From Squalus acanthias (lineage: Eukaryota), in the NCBI GenBank assembly GCA_030390025.1, contig CM059432.1:99574001-99638000 (forward strand): 64,000 nt of DNA. The letters run 5' to 3'. The position numbers were made by a program, and so were the translations under genes. Below are positions 50,862 through 63,690 of this stretch, one piece after another. Below the pieces are notes generated by a model. That model saw nothing but the letters and a program-made list of their open reading frames with translations, was not told where the DNA came from and ran no database searches. Numbering within the stretch: the first letter of the stretch is position 1; each line of letters opens with the position of its first letter.

Positions 50862-51127
50862 TAGAAGGATTAGTGGGGAGTTGAGGAGAACTTTTTTCAC
50901 ATAGAGGTTGGTGGGGTCTGGAACTCACTGCCTGAAAGGGTGCTAGAGGCAGAAACCCTCATCACATTTAAAAAGTACTTGGATATGCACTTGAAGTGCT
51001 GCAACCTTCAGGGCTATGGACCAAGAGCTGGAAAGTGGGATTAGGCTGAATAGCTCTTTTTCGGCCGGCACAGACACAATGGGCCGAATAGCCTCCTTCT
51101 GTGCTGTAAATTTCTATGATTCTATGA
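50862..51127 (+). mobile_element. Old CR1 3' fragment
   Basis: LRRTFFT..LVGVWNSLPE and a (TTCTATGA)2 tail. Confidence 0.8.
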
Positions 51128-51709
51128 ATGTACCGTTATGCCTAGGCTGCCATTTACAGAAAAGCAGTAAGTCTGTGCAAAAAGATGGCCAGTTGGGAAA
51201 TCACCTAAAAAGACACTTGTAAGTCCTGTTGTTATTTCTAAATCATTCACAAATACTTTTATTGCTTTTAGTATTTCCAATGGGACAGTCTGTGAAATGA
51301 GTACACTCCCACAGCGAAGATTGCTAACACCATAAAGATACTCATGGGTTAAATTTAGATAATTAAATCAAAATAATTTTTTTTTTCCCACTTTGAAAAA
51401 TTAAATGATAGTATGCATGTTCTACATTTCTGTGTAAAGGGACTTGTTTTTATACGTAAGCCCTGATTTTAACCTAATCTGCTTGGTGGGTACGGCAGAT
51501 TCGGTTAAAATAAGATTGGACTTGGATCAGACGCCCGTATTACACCCTGCTCGTTTTACACTATGGATAGTCAATGGAACTTAAATTGGGTGGAGTTTAA
51601 ATCGGCATCTGACCCAAAGTTGCCCCATTCTCAGCAGTTGGGTTAGGATAAAATCAAAGCTTTAGTCACAGTAACTCTTTTTGATGAGAATTCTAAGGAA
51701 GCAGGTCAG

Positions 51710-52150
51710 TTAGACAGAAATAATAGCTCACATTTATATAACGCCTTTCATCCTCATGACATCCCAAAATGCTTCACAGTCAATGAATTCCTTTTGATGT
51801 AGCTATTGTTATTATGCAGCCAAAAGCAGTCAATTTGCGCACAGCAAAATACCACAAACAACAATGACAAAAATGACCGGTTAACCTGTTTTTTTGATGG
51901 TGTTGGTTGAGGGATAAATGTTGGCCATGCTACTGGGAGAACCCCCTGCTCTTTTTGAATTGTACAAAGGGTTCTGTTACACCCACCTAAAGAGTTAGAT
52001 AGGGTGCCAGTTTAGCATCACATTTTAGCACCTCTGACAATGCAGCACTCCCTCAGTGTTGTACTGAAGCGACAGCATAAATGATATACTCAAGTCCATA
52101 GTGGGACTTGAATCCATGTTCGTTGATTCAGATGCAAAAGTGCTACCATG
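51710..52150 (-). mobile_element. Diverged tRNA-derived SINE, same family as 15694-16168
   Basis: Colinear similarity to 36519-36965. Confidence 0.75.
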
Positions 52151-53129
52151 AGTCTGTCAGACAAGGTAGAAAAATATTTTGAGTTCGACAGCTGTTAAAA
52201 TTGTGGCAAATCTTATTTCAGCGTAATCTCATTCTTCAATGAATATTTAGTAATGTGTGCAGCATGTTCATATATTCTGCAGTTTTGCTTCAGAGTTGCT
52301 TCCCCTTATCTTCTTGGAGTATACTGGAATTCAATTTTCTACAATCTCCAACCGAGAAATATACTGCTACGTTTACACCAGTCATTCACTTTTGGATACA
52401 ACAACCATTAATTCAATGTTGATTTTTTTCTTCCCGTCATGCCTCACATGCTGTGATGATGGTACGGAAAGTGTCAGAAAGGAAAACATTTTGATGCTCA
52501 GATTGTGCATTGGCATGAAATAATCATTAGAAAATTATTATAACTGATGTGTTTTGGGATACATTATTTCACTGACACATCTTAATATTCAAACAGTATT
52601 GATTGGATGAAATTACCACGTATGTTTGAATTCAATGCGATGTTGAAGTTCTCATCTTTAATGCAATTTTTTTTATTGTTGTCCGGAGCAAAGGGCTGCC
52701 AGGCAACACAGTACATCATTGATACATTCATTTCTTTGGTCTACTGGCGCCAATTGTAACTCCAGGGGTTAGAAATTCATTATAGCCCAGGAATGGACGG
52801 CATCATTAGAAAAGTTGGAGAACTAGCGCAAGGCACTAATGCTTTAGACTGCACACAAAATTCGTGCTCACTGCTCAAAGAAATGATTGGAGCACTAATT
52901 CAAGTCTTTAAGCCCAAGCTCATTGGCGATACACTCAAAGGGTGGACCAGTATCAGGTGCAGTCTAATCGTAAGTCATAATTGCCACAGGCTTTTTCCAG
53001 TTCTTAAAGGGGAGGTTCATTGATGCTACAGAACCTCATTCTCAGCATTGCTAGCTGTGCAGCTGCCTCAGCAAGCAGTAGCAGCTCAAGGAGAAGGAGC
53101 CAGAGGACTGAAGCAACTGTACTCAAGGC

Positions 53130-54135
53130 AGATCCATGCCCCAGGGAGAGAGCCCGCAGATTCTGCGATCAAGCATTGGAGGTGTTGGTGTTCGCTGTGG
53201 AGAGACGGAGGGCGTTGCTCTAACCGGCAAGTGGCAGGAGGCCCTCGCCGCAAGTCTTCCGCACCATGTGGAGGGAGGTAGCACAGCACGTCTCGGGCAG
53301 CACTGTGGTCCCAAGGACACACACACAGTGCAGGAAGAAATTTAACGACCTCACTCGGGTGGTCAGGGTGAGTGAATGCTTCAACAAATGATACGTACCA
53401 CCATTTAAACCACAGACTTCACACACTGCCCAAAGCACCACACCCCCAGCACTCATCCACCAACAATCTCTACCTACCAATACTCACACCTTGTACACAA
53501 TGACAGCTATTCAAATATGGCAGGCACATCACCCAAACACATTGCTCCGCACTTACTCACACACTTTCCTTTCTCTTGCAGGCCAAGGAGGCTCACAACA
53601 GGAGGGAGCAGGAGTGCACAGGCGGGGGACAAGCCAACACCCAACCACTGTCTGCGCTGGAAAATAGAGTGCTGCAGATTACTGGGTGCCAGGTGGTGGG
53701 CGCCGTGGTCACTGGCGACGTTGACCCCATTGGGGACCACAATGGTATGTTCATCCCTACTCGTTCTTCTCACATCCCACTTCCCCCTCACCCCACAAGC
53801 ATTTCACACTTTCCAGCTAATCATGCTGTATGCATGCATTTCTCCTTTCCTGCACCCACCCCTCACCTTAACCTGACTCCTGTGCCTTTATGCTTTCAGA
53901 TAATGAGCAAGCACCTGAACAGCCTATCCCTGAGGGCACCGATGAGAACGATGCGGGAAAAGAGGAGGAGGAAGAACACACCGTGTTACTGCATGTCTCA
54001 CCCGCAGGCACCAGCTCAGGTACTGGCACTACGCGTTCTTTAGAGGCTAGTATAGTAGTGGAATCTGCACAGGATAAGGCACCGGGGACCAGTGGGCTGC
54101 AGCAAGGCCAAAGGGAAAGGGTAGCTCGGGGGCCA
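53130..54135 (+). pseudogene. Myb/SANT-like gene, three exons (to 53367; 53582-53744; from 53900)
   Basis: RARRFCDQALEVLV...MWREVAQHVS...QCRKKFNDLTRVVR|AKEAHNRRE. GT-AG sites are in compatible phases; in-frame TAA at 53221. Confidence 0.85.
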
Positions 54136-54520
54136 GGATTCACTATCTGTGGTTGCACACGAACTGCATATTAAGTGAGTGATAGCCTTTGCAGTTAAAT
54201 CAAGATCTCAGGATTGTTATGCAGTGCCCGCAAAGCCACATGGGTACAGTCAATGGCACCCTGCTCCATGGGGAATCCCGCTATCCTGGCAAAGCCACAT
54301 GCATGCTCGTCCTGCTTCTCTCTGGTGATAGGGAAGGAAATGTAATCCCTTCTCATACGGGGGAGAGCCTCTGTGACCACCTCCTTGGTGAAGCGGAGCC
54401 TTCTAATACATTGCTCCTCACTTAACTGGAGGTAGGAGAAGTGCTCTCTGAATACCCTCGGAGGGTAAGGCCTACTGTTGAGAGCCCTGATGGCCCTCCT
54501 CCTCCTCCCTCTGGGCACAT
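54136..54520 (-). pseudogene. HARBI1-like transposase fragment
   Basis: RPYPPRVFREHFSYLQLSEEQCIRRLRF...GAIDCTHVAL. Confidence 0.88.
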
Positions 54521-55771
54521 GTTCCAGTCTTTCGCACTGCTTTCATTCCCTCTGTTATAGATCCTGGAGGGCGAGGTCGACTGTCAGTACAACGCCCATT
54601 AATGTAACAAAGTGTATCAGTTTGATTTTTTTAAGAATAAATGTAGCTACTTTTTAGTTGCCACAACACTCCTGATAATAAAAAACATTGAAATTATGGA
54701 ATGAGACTGTTGCACTATGTGAAACTGACAAGAAAGCACTGAAACACCACTAACCTACAGCTGCGACTCATTACTGATGATCCCTTTAAATAACATCCCT
54801 GGAGCCAGCTTCCTGTTGCTTCACACCAGCTCTCCCTGTCACTGTTTCCTCCAGGCGCTAAGGTAGGTGGGGACAATCAATTTTGTAGATCGGGCAGTCA
54901 GTGAGCATTGCACACATACTGATGTCATGATCCACCTGGCGTTGAGGCCCCCGGCGATAACTGTTAGCAGCAGCACTGCGGCGGATGGTGGGATTTGGCG
55001 TGTGGCATTGGATTCGCCTCATCCAGGTGATAATGCTCTAGCGCCCCATTAGTGCCATCTGCTGGTGCTAACGGGAGGCGCTAAGGTACTGAATTTGTCC
55101 CCCCAGGTTTTTTTTGGGTGGATGCAGCATTTTGCAGAGGTGGCCAATTGGCTTCCTTGGTGAAGCGCAGTCTCCGACGGTGTCTCAAATCGCATTCAAT
55201 TCCTGTATACTCTCTGGGGGTAGGGGGGAGGGGAAAGTCAATCAAGAGCAGGGGAATAGCCAGTGGATTGGCCATTGTAATCTTTTCACCCTTCTTAATG
55301 TGTAGAGAGGGGTGTGAATCCTGAAAGTATTGGCTTCAGACACTCACAGGACTCTGGATGGAAAAACTGGCAAGGATGCCAAACCTGAAATAATCAGAAA
55401 AGAAAACCTCAGAACAATTTCCAGACTGCAGGGATGAGGCTCCACAGCTTCAATGGTGTGTTTGATGTCGTCCCAGACTGAGAGTCATGCGAGGGACATA
55501 AATCACACCAATACCAGATCACCCACTGATGTTTAGTCTAAGTGTCTGTGACGAGAAAACAGGCGTAAATCCCGGAAATTTGTGATTGCCATTGACTGCA
55601 TTTGTGAGTGGAGATATGATAATGAACCTTTCTCAATTTTGCTAACATTATTGGAGGAGCGGCACAAATGTCCCAGAGAATTATGGTGCAGCACAACTAA
55701 TAGCATAACTCACTTACGCTGTTATTTCCTGGAACTTCTATGCTGTAATAATGGCACACGCCTTTGATGTG

Positions 55772-57062
55772 AAATTAAATTATCAAGGAACATAAAACAA
55801 AATAGTAAAATATTTGATAGGCATATCAATTAAAAAATGAAGGTTGGAATGGGAATAGGGCCATTAAGGGATAGTCAGGATAATACCACAGGTAACGATA
55901 TAGAGATGGCAGAAATATTAAATAATTATTTTGCTTCAGTATTTACCAGGGAGATAGAACAGGTGGACATGACATTGGATAATGAGATGAGTAATGAGAT
56001 AAGTGCATTTAAAATAAAAAAGGGGATATATTAAATAAATTAATCAAACTCAAAGAGGATAAAACCCCTGGTCCGGATGGATTGCATGCACACATTTTAA
56101 AAGAATCTAGGGAAGAGATAGCAGAGGCATTACTACGCACATTTAATAATTTGTTAGAAAAAGGTATAGTGCCAGAGGACTGGTGGATAGCTAACGTAAT
56201 ACCAATATTTAAGAAGGGGGTAGAATATGTCCAGGAGAAAATAGAAGAACATCTAGAAACCAAAAATATAATAATGAATAGTCAACACGGATTTCAAAAG
56301 GGAAAGTCTTGCTTGACCAACATTATTGCATTTTTTGAAGAGGTAACAGAGAAAGTAGACAATGGTAATGCAGTAGATGTAATTTATCTAGATTTTCAAA
56401 AGGCCTTCAATAAGGTACCCCATAATAGACTGAAAAACAAGGTCAGAGAATGCGGAGTCGGGGGACAAGTAGCAGAATGGATTGCTGGCTGGCTTCAGGA
56501 CAGAAAGCAGAGAGTTTGAGTAAAGGGTAGCTATTCACAGTGGGAGAGGGTGGGTAGTGGTGTTCCACAAGGATCAGTGCTGGGACCACTGCTGTTCACA
56601 ATTTATATAAATGATTTAGACTTAGGAATTAAAAACACAATTTTTAAATTTGCGGATGATACCAAATTGGGGGGGATAGTCAACACTGAGGAGGACTGCA
56701 ACAAGTTACAGGAGGACATTAATAAACTTGCAGAATAGGCATATAATTGGCAAATGAAGTTCAACACAGATAAATGTGAGGTATTACATTTTGGTCGGAA
56801 AAATAGGCAGGTCACATATTACTTGGAGGATGCGAGTCTAGGTGGGGTAGAGGAACAAAGGGATCACGGAGTACAAATACACAAATCACTAAAAGTTGCG
56901 ACAAAAGTTAGCAAGGCAAGGGAAAAGGGAATAGAGGGTTATGCTGATAGATTTAGATGAGGAAAGACGGGAGGAGACTCATGTGGAGCATAAACGCCGG
57001 CATAGACTGGGTGGGCCGAACGGCCTGTTTCTGTGTCGTATATCCTATGTATATCCTATGTC
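55772..57062 (+). mobile_element. AT-rich old CR1 family fragment with internal deletions
   Basis: QHGFQKGKSCLTN, GVPQGSVLGP and KFADDTK motifs, with a (ATATCCTATGT)2 tail. Confidence 0.88.
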
Positions 57063-57356
57063 ATTACTATAGTGTAAGATTCCAGGAAATTCCGAGCTAA
57101 TATTTTGGATGTTGCAGGATCATGAGCTCCCATGACCCATTGATAAAATGCAAAATCAATATCTAATGGTCCAGGTACATTTGGTCTCAACAATGATCCA
57201 GTACTGGAAGTAGGTCCAGCAAAGGTTTCACAAATTGAAGAGCAGTACCAAGGCAGTCCATAATACAACAGAAATCTGGAAAAGAGAAGGCTGAGGAGTG
57301 GTCTAATAAAGATGTTTAAAATTATGAAGGGGTTTGATATAGTAGATATAGACTAT

Positions 57357-57695
57357 GGCCGTCAAATTCGATAAGGCCTGAGATTTGCTCATACTCGTTT
57401 AGAAAGCACTGGCAGCACGTTAATTTGGTGTTGCCTGCTAATTTAAATGATTTTACTGCACAACCCAATAACTATTGTACTGCTGACAGGCAGTGCGCTC
57501 AGCAGGAGGCCAAAGGTCGCATCGTTAGAATCTTGCTGCATTTTCTCAAAGCAAGGCTGTTCCTTTTGAAGGCAACCTCGAGTCCTTAAAGGTGAACTGC
57601 GTTCTGAAAAAAACATGGAAAATCAATCAAAAATAGACAGTCTCTAGCCCATAAAGCTGAACTGCCATTTGCAAACTAGGCAGTCTGCAGCTCTT
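57357..57695. mobile_element. Left part of a Harbinger-type element, cut off by the minisatellite/CR1
   Basis: TAT followed by GGCCGTCAAATT. 57405-57450 resembles the reverse complement of 5690-5735. Confidence 0.5.
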
Positions 57696-60600
57696 GAGCG
57701 GCGAGAGGCCAGCGAGAGGAGCGAGAGCAGCGGCGCTATAAAGAGTGCGAGACCAGCGGCAAGAGGAGGGGCGAGAGGAGCAGCGAGAGGAGCGGCGAGA
57801 GGAGCAGCGAGAGGAGCGGTGAGAGGAGCGGCGAGAGGAGGGGCGAGAGGAGCGGCGAGAGGAGGGGCGAGAGGAGCGAGAGGAGCGGCGAGAGGAGCAG
57901 CGAGAGGAGCGAGAGGAGCGGCGAGAGGAGCAGCGAGAGGAGGGGCGAGAGGAGCGGCGAGAGGAGCAGCGAGAGGAGGGGCGAGAGGAGCGGCGAGAGG
58001 AGCGGCGAGATGAGGGGCGAGAGGAGGGGCGAGAGGAGGGGCAAGAGGAGCGGCGAGAGGAGGGGCGAGAGGAGGGGCGAGAGGAGGGGCAAGAGGAGCG
58101 GCGAGAGGAGCGAGAGAGGAGCGGCGAGAGGAGCGAGAGAGGAGCGGCGAGAGGAGGGGCGAGAGGAGGGGCGAGAGGAGCAGCGAGAGGAGGGGCGAGA
58201 GGAGGGGCAAGAGGAGCGGCGAGAGGAGCGAGAGAGGAGCGGCGAGAGGAGCGAGAGAGGAGCGGCGAGAGGAGCAGCGAGAGGAGCGGCGAGAGGAGCA
58301 GCGAGAGGAGCGGCGAGAGGAGCGGCGAGAGGAGCGGCGAGAGGAGGGGCGAGAGGAGGGGCGAGAGGAGCGGCGAGAGGAGCGAGAGAGGAGCGGCGAG
58401 AGGAGCAGCGAGAGGAGGGGCGAGAGGAGCGGCGAGAGGAGCGAGAGAGGAGCGGCGAGAGGAGCGGTGAGAGGAGCGGCGAGAGGAGCGGCGAGAGGAG
58501 CGGCGAGAGGAGCGGCGAGAGGAGCGGCGAGAGGAGCGGCGAGAGGAGGGGCGAGAGGAGGGGCGAGAGGAGCGGCGAGAGGAGCGGTGAGAGGAGCGGT
58601 GAGAGGAGGAGCGAGAGGAGGGGCGAGAGGAGCGGCGAGAGGAGCGGCGAGAGGAGCGGCGAGAGGAGGGGCGAGAGGAGGGGCGAGAGGAGCGGCGAGA
58701 GGAGCGGCGAGAGGAGGGGCGAGAGGAGGGGCGAGAGGAGCGGCGAGAGGAGCGGTGAGAGGAGCGGTGAGAGCAGGAGCGAGAGGAGGGGCGAGAGGAG
58801 CGGCGAGAGGAGCGGCGAGAGGAGCGGCGAGAGGAGGGGCGAGAGGAGGGGCGAGAGGAGCGGCGAGAGGAGCGGCGAGAGGAGGGGCGAGAGGAGGGGC
58901 GAGAGGAGGGGCGAGAGGAGCGGCGAGAGGAACGGCGAGAGGAGCGGTGAGAGGAGGGGCGAGAGGAGGGGCGAGAGGAGCGGCGAGAGGAGCGGCGAGA
59001 GCAGCGGCGAGAGGAGCAGCGAGAGGAGCAGCGAGAGGAGCGGCGAGAGGAGGGGCGAGAGGAGGGGCGAGAGGAGCGGCGAGAGGAGCGGCGAGAGGAG
59101 CGGCGAGAGGAGCGGCGAGAGGAGCGGCGAGAGGAGCGGCGAGAGGAGGGGCGAGAGGAGGGGCGAGAGGAGCGGCGAGAGGAGCGGCGAGAGGAGGGGC
59201 GAGAGGAGGGGCGAGAGGAGGGGCGAGAGGAGCGGCGAGAGGAGCGGCGAGAGGAGGGGCGAGAGGAGGGGCGAGAGGAGGGGCGAGAGGAGGGGCGAGA
59301 GGAGCGGCGAGAGGAGCGGCGAGAGGAGGGGCGAGAGGAGGGGCGAGAGGAGGGGCGAGAGGAGGGGCGAGAGGAGCGGCGAGAGGAGGGGCGAGAGGAG
59401 GGGCGAGAGGAGCGGCGAGAGGAGCGGCGAGAGGAGGGGCGAGAGGAGGGGCGAGAGGAGCGGCGAGAGGAGCGGCGAGAGGAGGGGCGAGAGGAGCGGC
59501 GAGAGGAGGGGCGAGAGGAGGGGCGAGAGGAGGGGCGAGAGGAGGGGCAAGAGGAGGAGCGAGAGGAGCGAGAGAGGAGCGGCGAGAGGAGGGGCGAGAG
59601 GAGGGTCGAGAGGAGGAGTGAAAGGAGCGGCGAGAGGAGCGGCGAGAGGAGTGGCGAGAGGAGCAGCGAGAGGAGCGAGAGAGGAGCGGCGAGAGGAGCG
59701 GCGAGAGGAGCGGCGAGAGGAGCGGCGAGAGGAGGGGCGAGAGGAGCGGCGAGAGGAGCGGCGAGAGGAGGGGCGAGAGGAGGGGCGAGAGGAGGGGCGA
59801 GAGGAGCGGCGAGAGGAGCGGCGAGAGGAGGGGCGAGAGGAGGGGCGAGAGGAGGGGCGAGAGGAGGGGCGAGAGGAGGGGCGAGAGGAGCAGCGAGAGG
59901 AGGGGCGAGAGGAGGGGCGAGAGGAGGGGCGAGAGGAGGGGCGAGAGGAGGGGCGAGAGGAGGGGCGAGAGGAGCGGCGAGAGGAGGGGCGAGAGGAGTG
60001 GCGAGAGGAGGGGCGAGAGGAGGGGCGAGAGGAGGGGCAAGAGGAGGAGCGAGAGGAGCGGCGAGAGGAGCGGCGAGAGGAGCAGCGAGAGGAGCGAGAG
60101 AGGAGCGGCGAGAGGAGAGTTGAGAGGAGGGGCGAGAGGAGGGGCAAGAGGAGGAGCGAGAGGAGGGGCAAGAGGAGGAGCGAGAGGAGCGAGAGAGGAG
60201 CGGCGAGAGGAGCGGCGAGAGGAGGGGCGAGAGGAGCGGCGAGAGGAGGGGTGAGAGGAGTGGCGAGAGGAGGGGCGAGAGGAGGGGCGAGAGGAGGGGC
60301 AAGAGGAGGAGCGAGAGGAGCGAGAGAGGAGCGGCGAGAGGAGGGGCGAGAGGAGGGTCGAGAGGAGGAGTGAAAGGAGCGGCGAGAGGAGCGGCGAGAG
60401 GAGTGGCGAGAGGAGCAGCGAGAGGAGCGAGAGAGGAGCGGCGAGAGGAGCGGCGAGAGGAGTGGCGAGAGGAGCAGCGAGAGGAGCGGCGAGAGGAGTG
60501 GCGAGAGGAGTGGCGAGAGGAGTGGCGAGAGGAGCAGCGAGAGGAGCGGCGAGAGGAGCAGCGAGAGGAGCGGCGAGAGGAGCGAGAGAGGAGCGGCGAG

Positions 60601-63600
60601 AGGAGAGTTGAGAGGAGCAGCGAGAGGAGGGGTGAGAGGAGGGGCGAGAGGAGGGGCGAGAGGAGCAGCGAGAGGAGCGGCGAGAGGAGCGGCGAGAGGA
60701 GTGGTGAGAGGAGCAGCGAGAGGAGGGGCGAGAGGAGCAGCGAGAGGAGGGGTGAGAGGAGGGGCGAGAGGAGGGGCGAGAGGAGCAGCGAGAGGAGCGG
60801 TGAGAGGAGGGGCGAGAGGAGGGGCGAGAGGAGCAGCGAGAGGAGCGGCGAGAGGAGCGGCGAGAGGAGTGGTGAGAGGAGTGGCGAGAGGAGCGGTGAG
60901 AGGAGGGGCGAGAGGAGGGGCGAGAGGAGCAGCGAGAGGAGCGGCGAGAGGAGCGGCGAGAGGAGTGGTGAGAGGAGTGGCGAGAGGAGCGGTGAGAGGA
61001 GGGGCGAGAGGAGGGGCGAGAGGAGCAGCGAGAGGAGCGGCGAGAGGAGCGGCGAGAGGAGTGGTGAGAGGAGTGGCGAGAGGAGCGGCGAGAGGAGCGG
61101 CGAGAGGAGCGGCGAGAGGAGGGGCGAGAGGAGGGGCGAGAGGAGCAGCGAGAGGAGCGGCGAGAGGAGCGGCGAGAGGAGTGGTGAGAGGAGTGGCGAG
61201 AGGAGCGGCGAGAGGAGCGGCGAGAGGAGGGGCGAGAGGAGCAGCGAGAGGAGCGGCGAGAGGAGCAGCGAGAGGAGCAGCGAGAGGAGCGGCGAGAGGA
61301 GCAGCGAGAGGAGCGGCGAGAGGAGCAGCGAGAGGAGGGGCGAGAGGAGCAGCGAGAGGAGGGGCGAGAGGAGCGGCGAGGGGAGCGAGGGGAGCGAGGG
61401 GAGCGAGAGAGGAGGGGCGAGAGGAGAGTTGAGAGGAGGGGCGAGAGGAGCAGCGAGAGGAACAGCGAGAGGAGGGGCGAGAGGAGGGGCGAGAGGAGGG
61501 GCGAGAGGAGGAGCGAGAGGAGCAGCGAGAGGAGCGGCGAGAGGAGGGGCGAGAGGAGCGGCGAGAGGAGGGGCGAGAGGAGGGGCGAGAGGAGCGGCGA
61601 GAGGAGCGAGAGAGGAGCGGCGAGAGGAGGGGCGAGAGGAGCGGCGAGAGGAGCGAGAGAGGAGCGGCGAGAGGAGGGGCGAGAGGAGCGGCGAGAGGAG
61701 GGGCGAGAGGAGGGGCGAGAGGAGGGGCGAGAGGAGCGGCGAGAGGAGCGAGAGAGGAGCGGCGAGAGGAGGGGCGAGAGGAGCGGCGAGAGGAGCGAGA
61801 GAGGAGCGGCGAGAGGAGGAGCGAGAGGAGCAGCGAGAGGAGGAGCGAGAGGAGTGGCGAGAGGAGTGGCGAGAGGAGCGGCGAGAGGAGCGGTGAGAGG
61901 AGCGGCGAGAGGAGTGGCGAGAGGAGCAGCGAGAGGAGCGAGAGGAGCGGCGAGAGGAGTGGCGAGAGGAGTGGCGAGAGGAGGGGCGAGAGGAGGGGCG
62001 AGAGGAGCTGCGAGAGGAGCAGCGAGAGGAGCGGTGAGAGGAGCGGCGAGAGGAGCGGCGAGAGGAGCGGCGAGAGGAGCGGCGAGAGGAGCGGCGAGAG
62101 GAGGGGCGAGAGGAGCTGCGAGAGGAGCAGCGAGAGGAGCGGCGAGAGGAGCGGCGAGAGGAGCAGCGAGAGGAGCGGCGAGAGGAGCGGCGAGAGGAGG
62201 GGCGAGAGGAGCAGCGAGAGGAGCGGCGAGAGGAGGGGCGAGAGGAGCAGCGAGAGGAGCAGCGAGAGGAGCGAGAGGAGCGGCGAGAGGAGCGGCGAGA
62301 GGAGCGGCGAGAGGAGGGGCGAGAGGAGCAGCGAGAGGAGCAGCGAGAGGAGCGGCGAGAGGAGCGGCGAGAGGAGCAGCGAGAGGAGCAGCGAGAGGAG
62401 CGGCGAGAGGAGGGGCGAGAGGAGCAGCGAGAGGAGCAGCGAGAGGAGCGAGAGGAGCGAGAGGAGGAGCGAGAGGAGCAGCGAGAGGAGCGAGAGGAGC
62501 GAGAGGAGGAGCGAGAGGAGCAGCGAGAGGAGCAGCGAGAGGAGCAGCGAGAGGAGCAGCGAGAGGAGCGAGAGGAGCGGCGAGAGGAGCGGCGAGAGGA
62601 GGGGCGAGAGGAGCAGCGAGAGGAGCAGCGAGAGGAGCAGCGAGAGGAGCGAGAGGAGCGGCGAGAGGAGGGGCGAGAGGAGCGGCGAGAGGAGCGGCGA
62701 GAGGAGCAGCGAGAGGAGCAGCGAGAGGAGCAGCGAGAGGAGCGAGAGGAGCGGCGAGAGGAGCGGCGAGAGGAGCGGCGAGAGGAGGGGCGAGAGGAGC
62801 AGCGAGAGGAGCAGCGAGAGGAGCGAGAGGAGCGGCGAGAGGAGTGGCGAGAGGAGTGGCAAGAGGAGCGGCGAGAGGAGTGGCGAGAGGAGTGGCGAGA
62901 GGAGTGGCGAGAGGAGCGAGAGGAGCGGCGAGAGGAGCGGCGAGAGGAGTGGCGAGAGGAGCGGCGAGAGGAGTGGCGAGAGGAGCGAGAGGAGCGGCGA
63001 GAGGAGTGGCGAGAGGAGTGGCGAGAGGAGCGGCGAGAGGAGCGGCGAGAGGAGGGGCGAGAGGAGCGGCGAGAGGAGGGGCGAGAGGAGCAGCGAGAGG
63101 AGCGGCGAGAGGAGGGGCGAGAGGAGCGGCGAGAGGAGCGGCGAGAGGAGGGGCGAGAGGAGGGGCGAGAGGAGCGGCGAGAGGAGCGGCGAGAGGAGCG
63201 GCGAGAGGAGCGAGAGAGGAGCGGCGAGAGGAGCAGCGAGAGGAGCAGCGAGAGGAGCAGCGAGAGGAGCAGCGAGAGGAGCGAGAGGAGCGGCGAGAGG
63301 AGCGGCGAGAGGAGTGGCGAGAGGAGCGGCGAGAGGAGGGGCGAGAGGAGCGGCGAGAGGAGCGGCGAGAGGAGCGGCGAGAGGAGCGGCGAGAGGAGCG
63401 GCGAGAGGAGCAGCGAGAGGAGAGCGAGAGGAGGAGCAAGAGGAGCAGCGAGAGGAGCGGCGAGAGGAGTGGCGAGAGGAGCGGTGAGAGGAGCGGCGAG
63501 AGGAGTGGCGAGAGGAGCGGCGAGAGGAGTGGCGAGAGGAGCGGCGAGAGGAGCGGCGAGAGGAGCGGTGAGAGGAGTGGCGAGAGGAGAGTTGAGAGGA

Positions 63601-63690
63601 GCGGCGCGAGGAGCGGCGAGAGGAGCGGCGAGAGGAGTGGCGAGAGGAGTGGTGAGAGGAGTGGCGAGAGGAGCATCGCTATAAAGAGCG
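57696..63690 (+). repeat. ~6-kb purine-rich minisatellite, 12-bp unit GAGAGGAG(C/G/T)(G/A)GC with 9- and 11-bp variants
   Basis: Directly visible. It explains all the long low-complexity ORFs in this interval. Confidence 0.98.

Larger units (their letters stand above)
52766..55103. mobile_element. Internally deleted Harbinger transposon with convergent Myb/SANT (plus) and transposase (minus) remnants
   Basis: TIRs GGGTTAGAAATT / AATTTGTCCCCC and TSD CAG. Same family as 30520-33592. Confidence 0.92.

Noticed and set aside
52445..52552. C/D-box snoRNA (GTGATGA...CTGA with a weak terminal stem)
   Set aside because: No recognisable rRNA-antisense element or host intron, and such short motifs arise by chance. 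An Rfam search would settle it.
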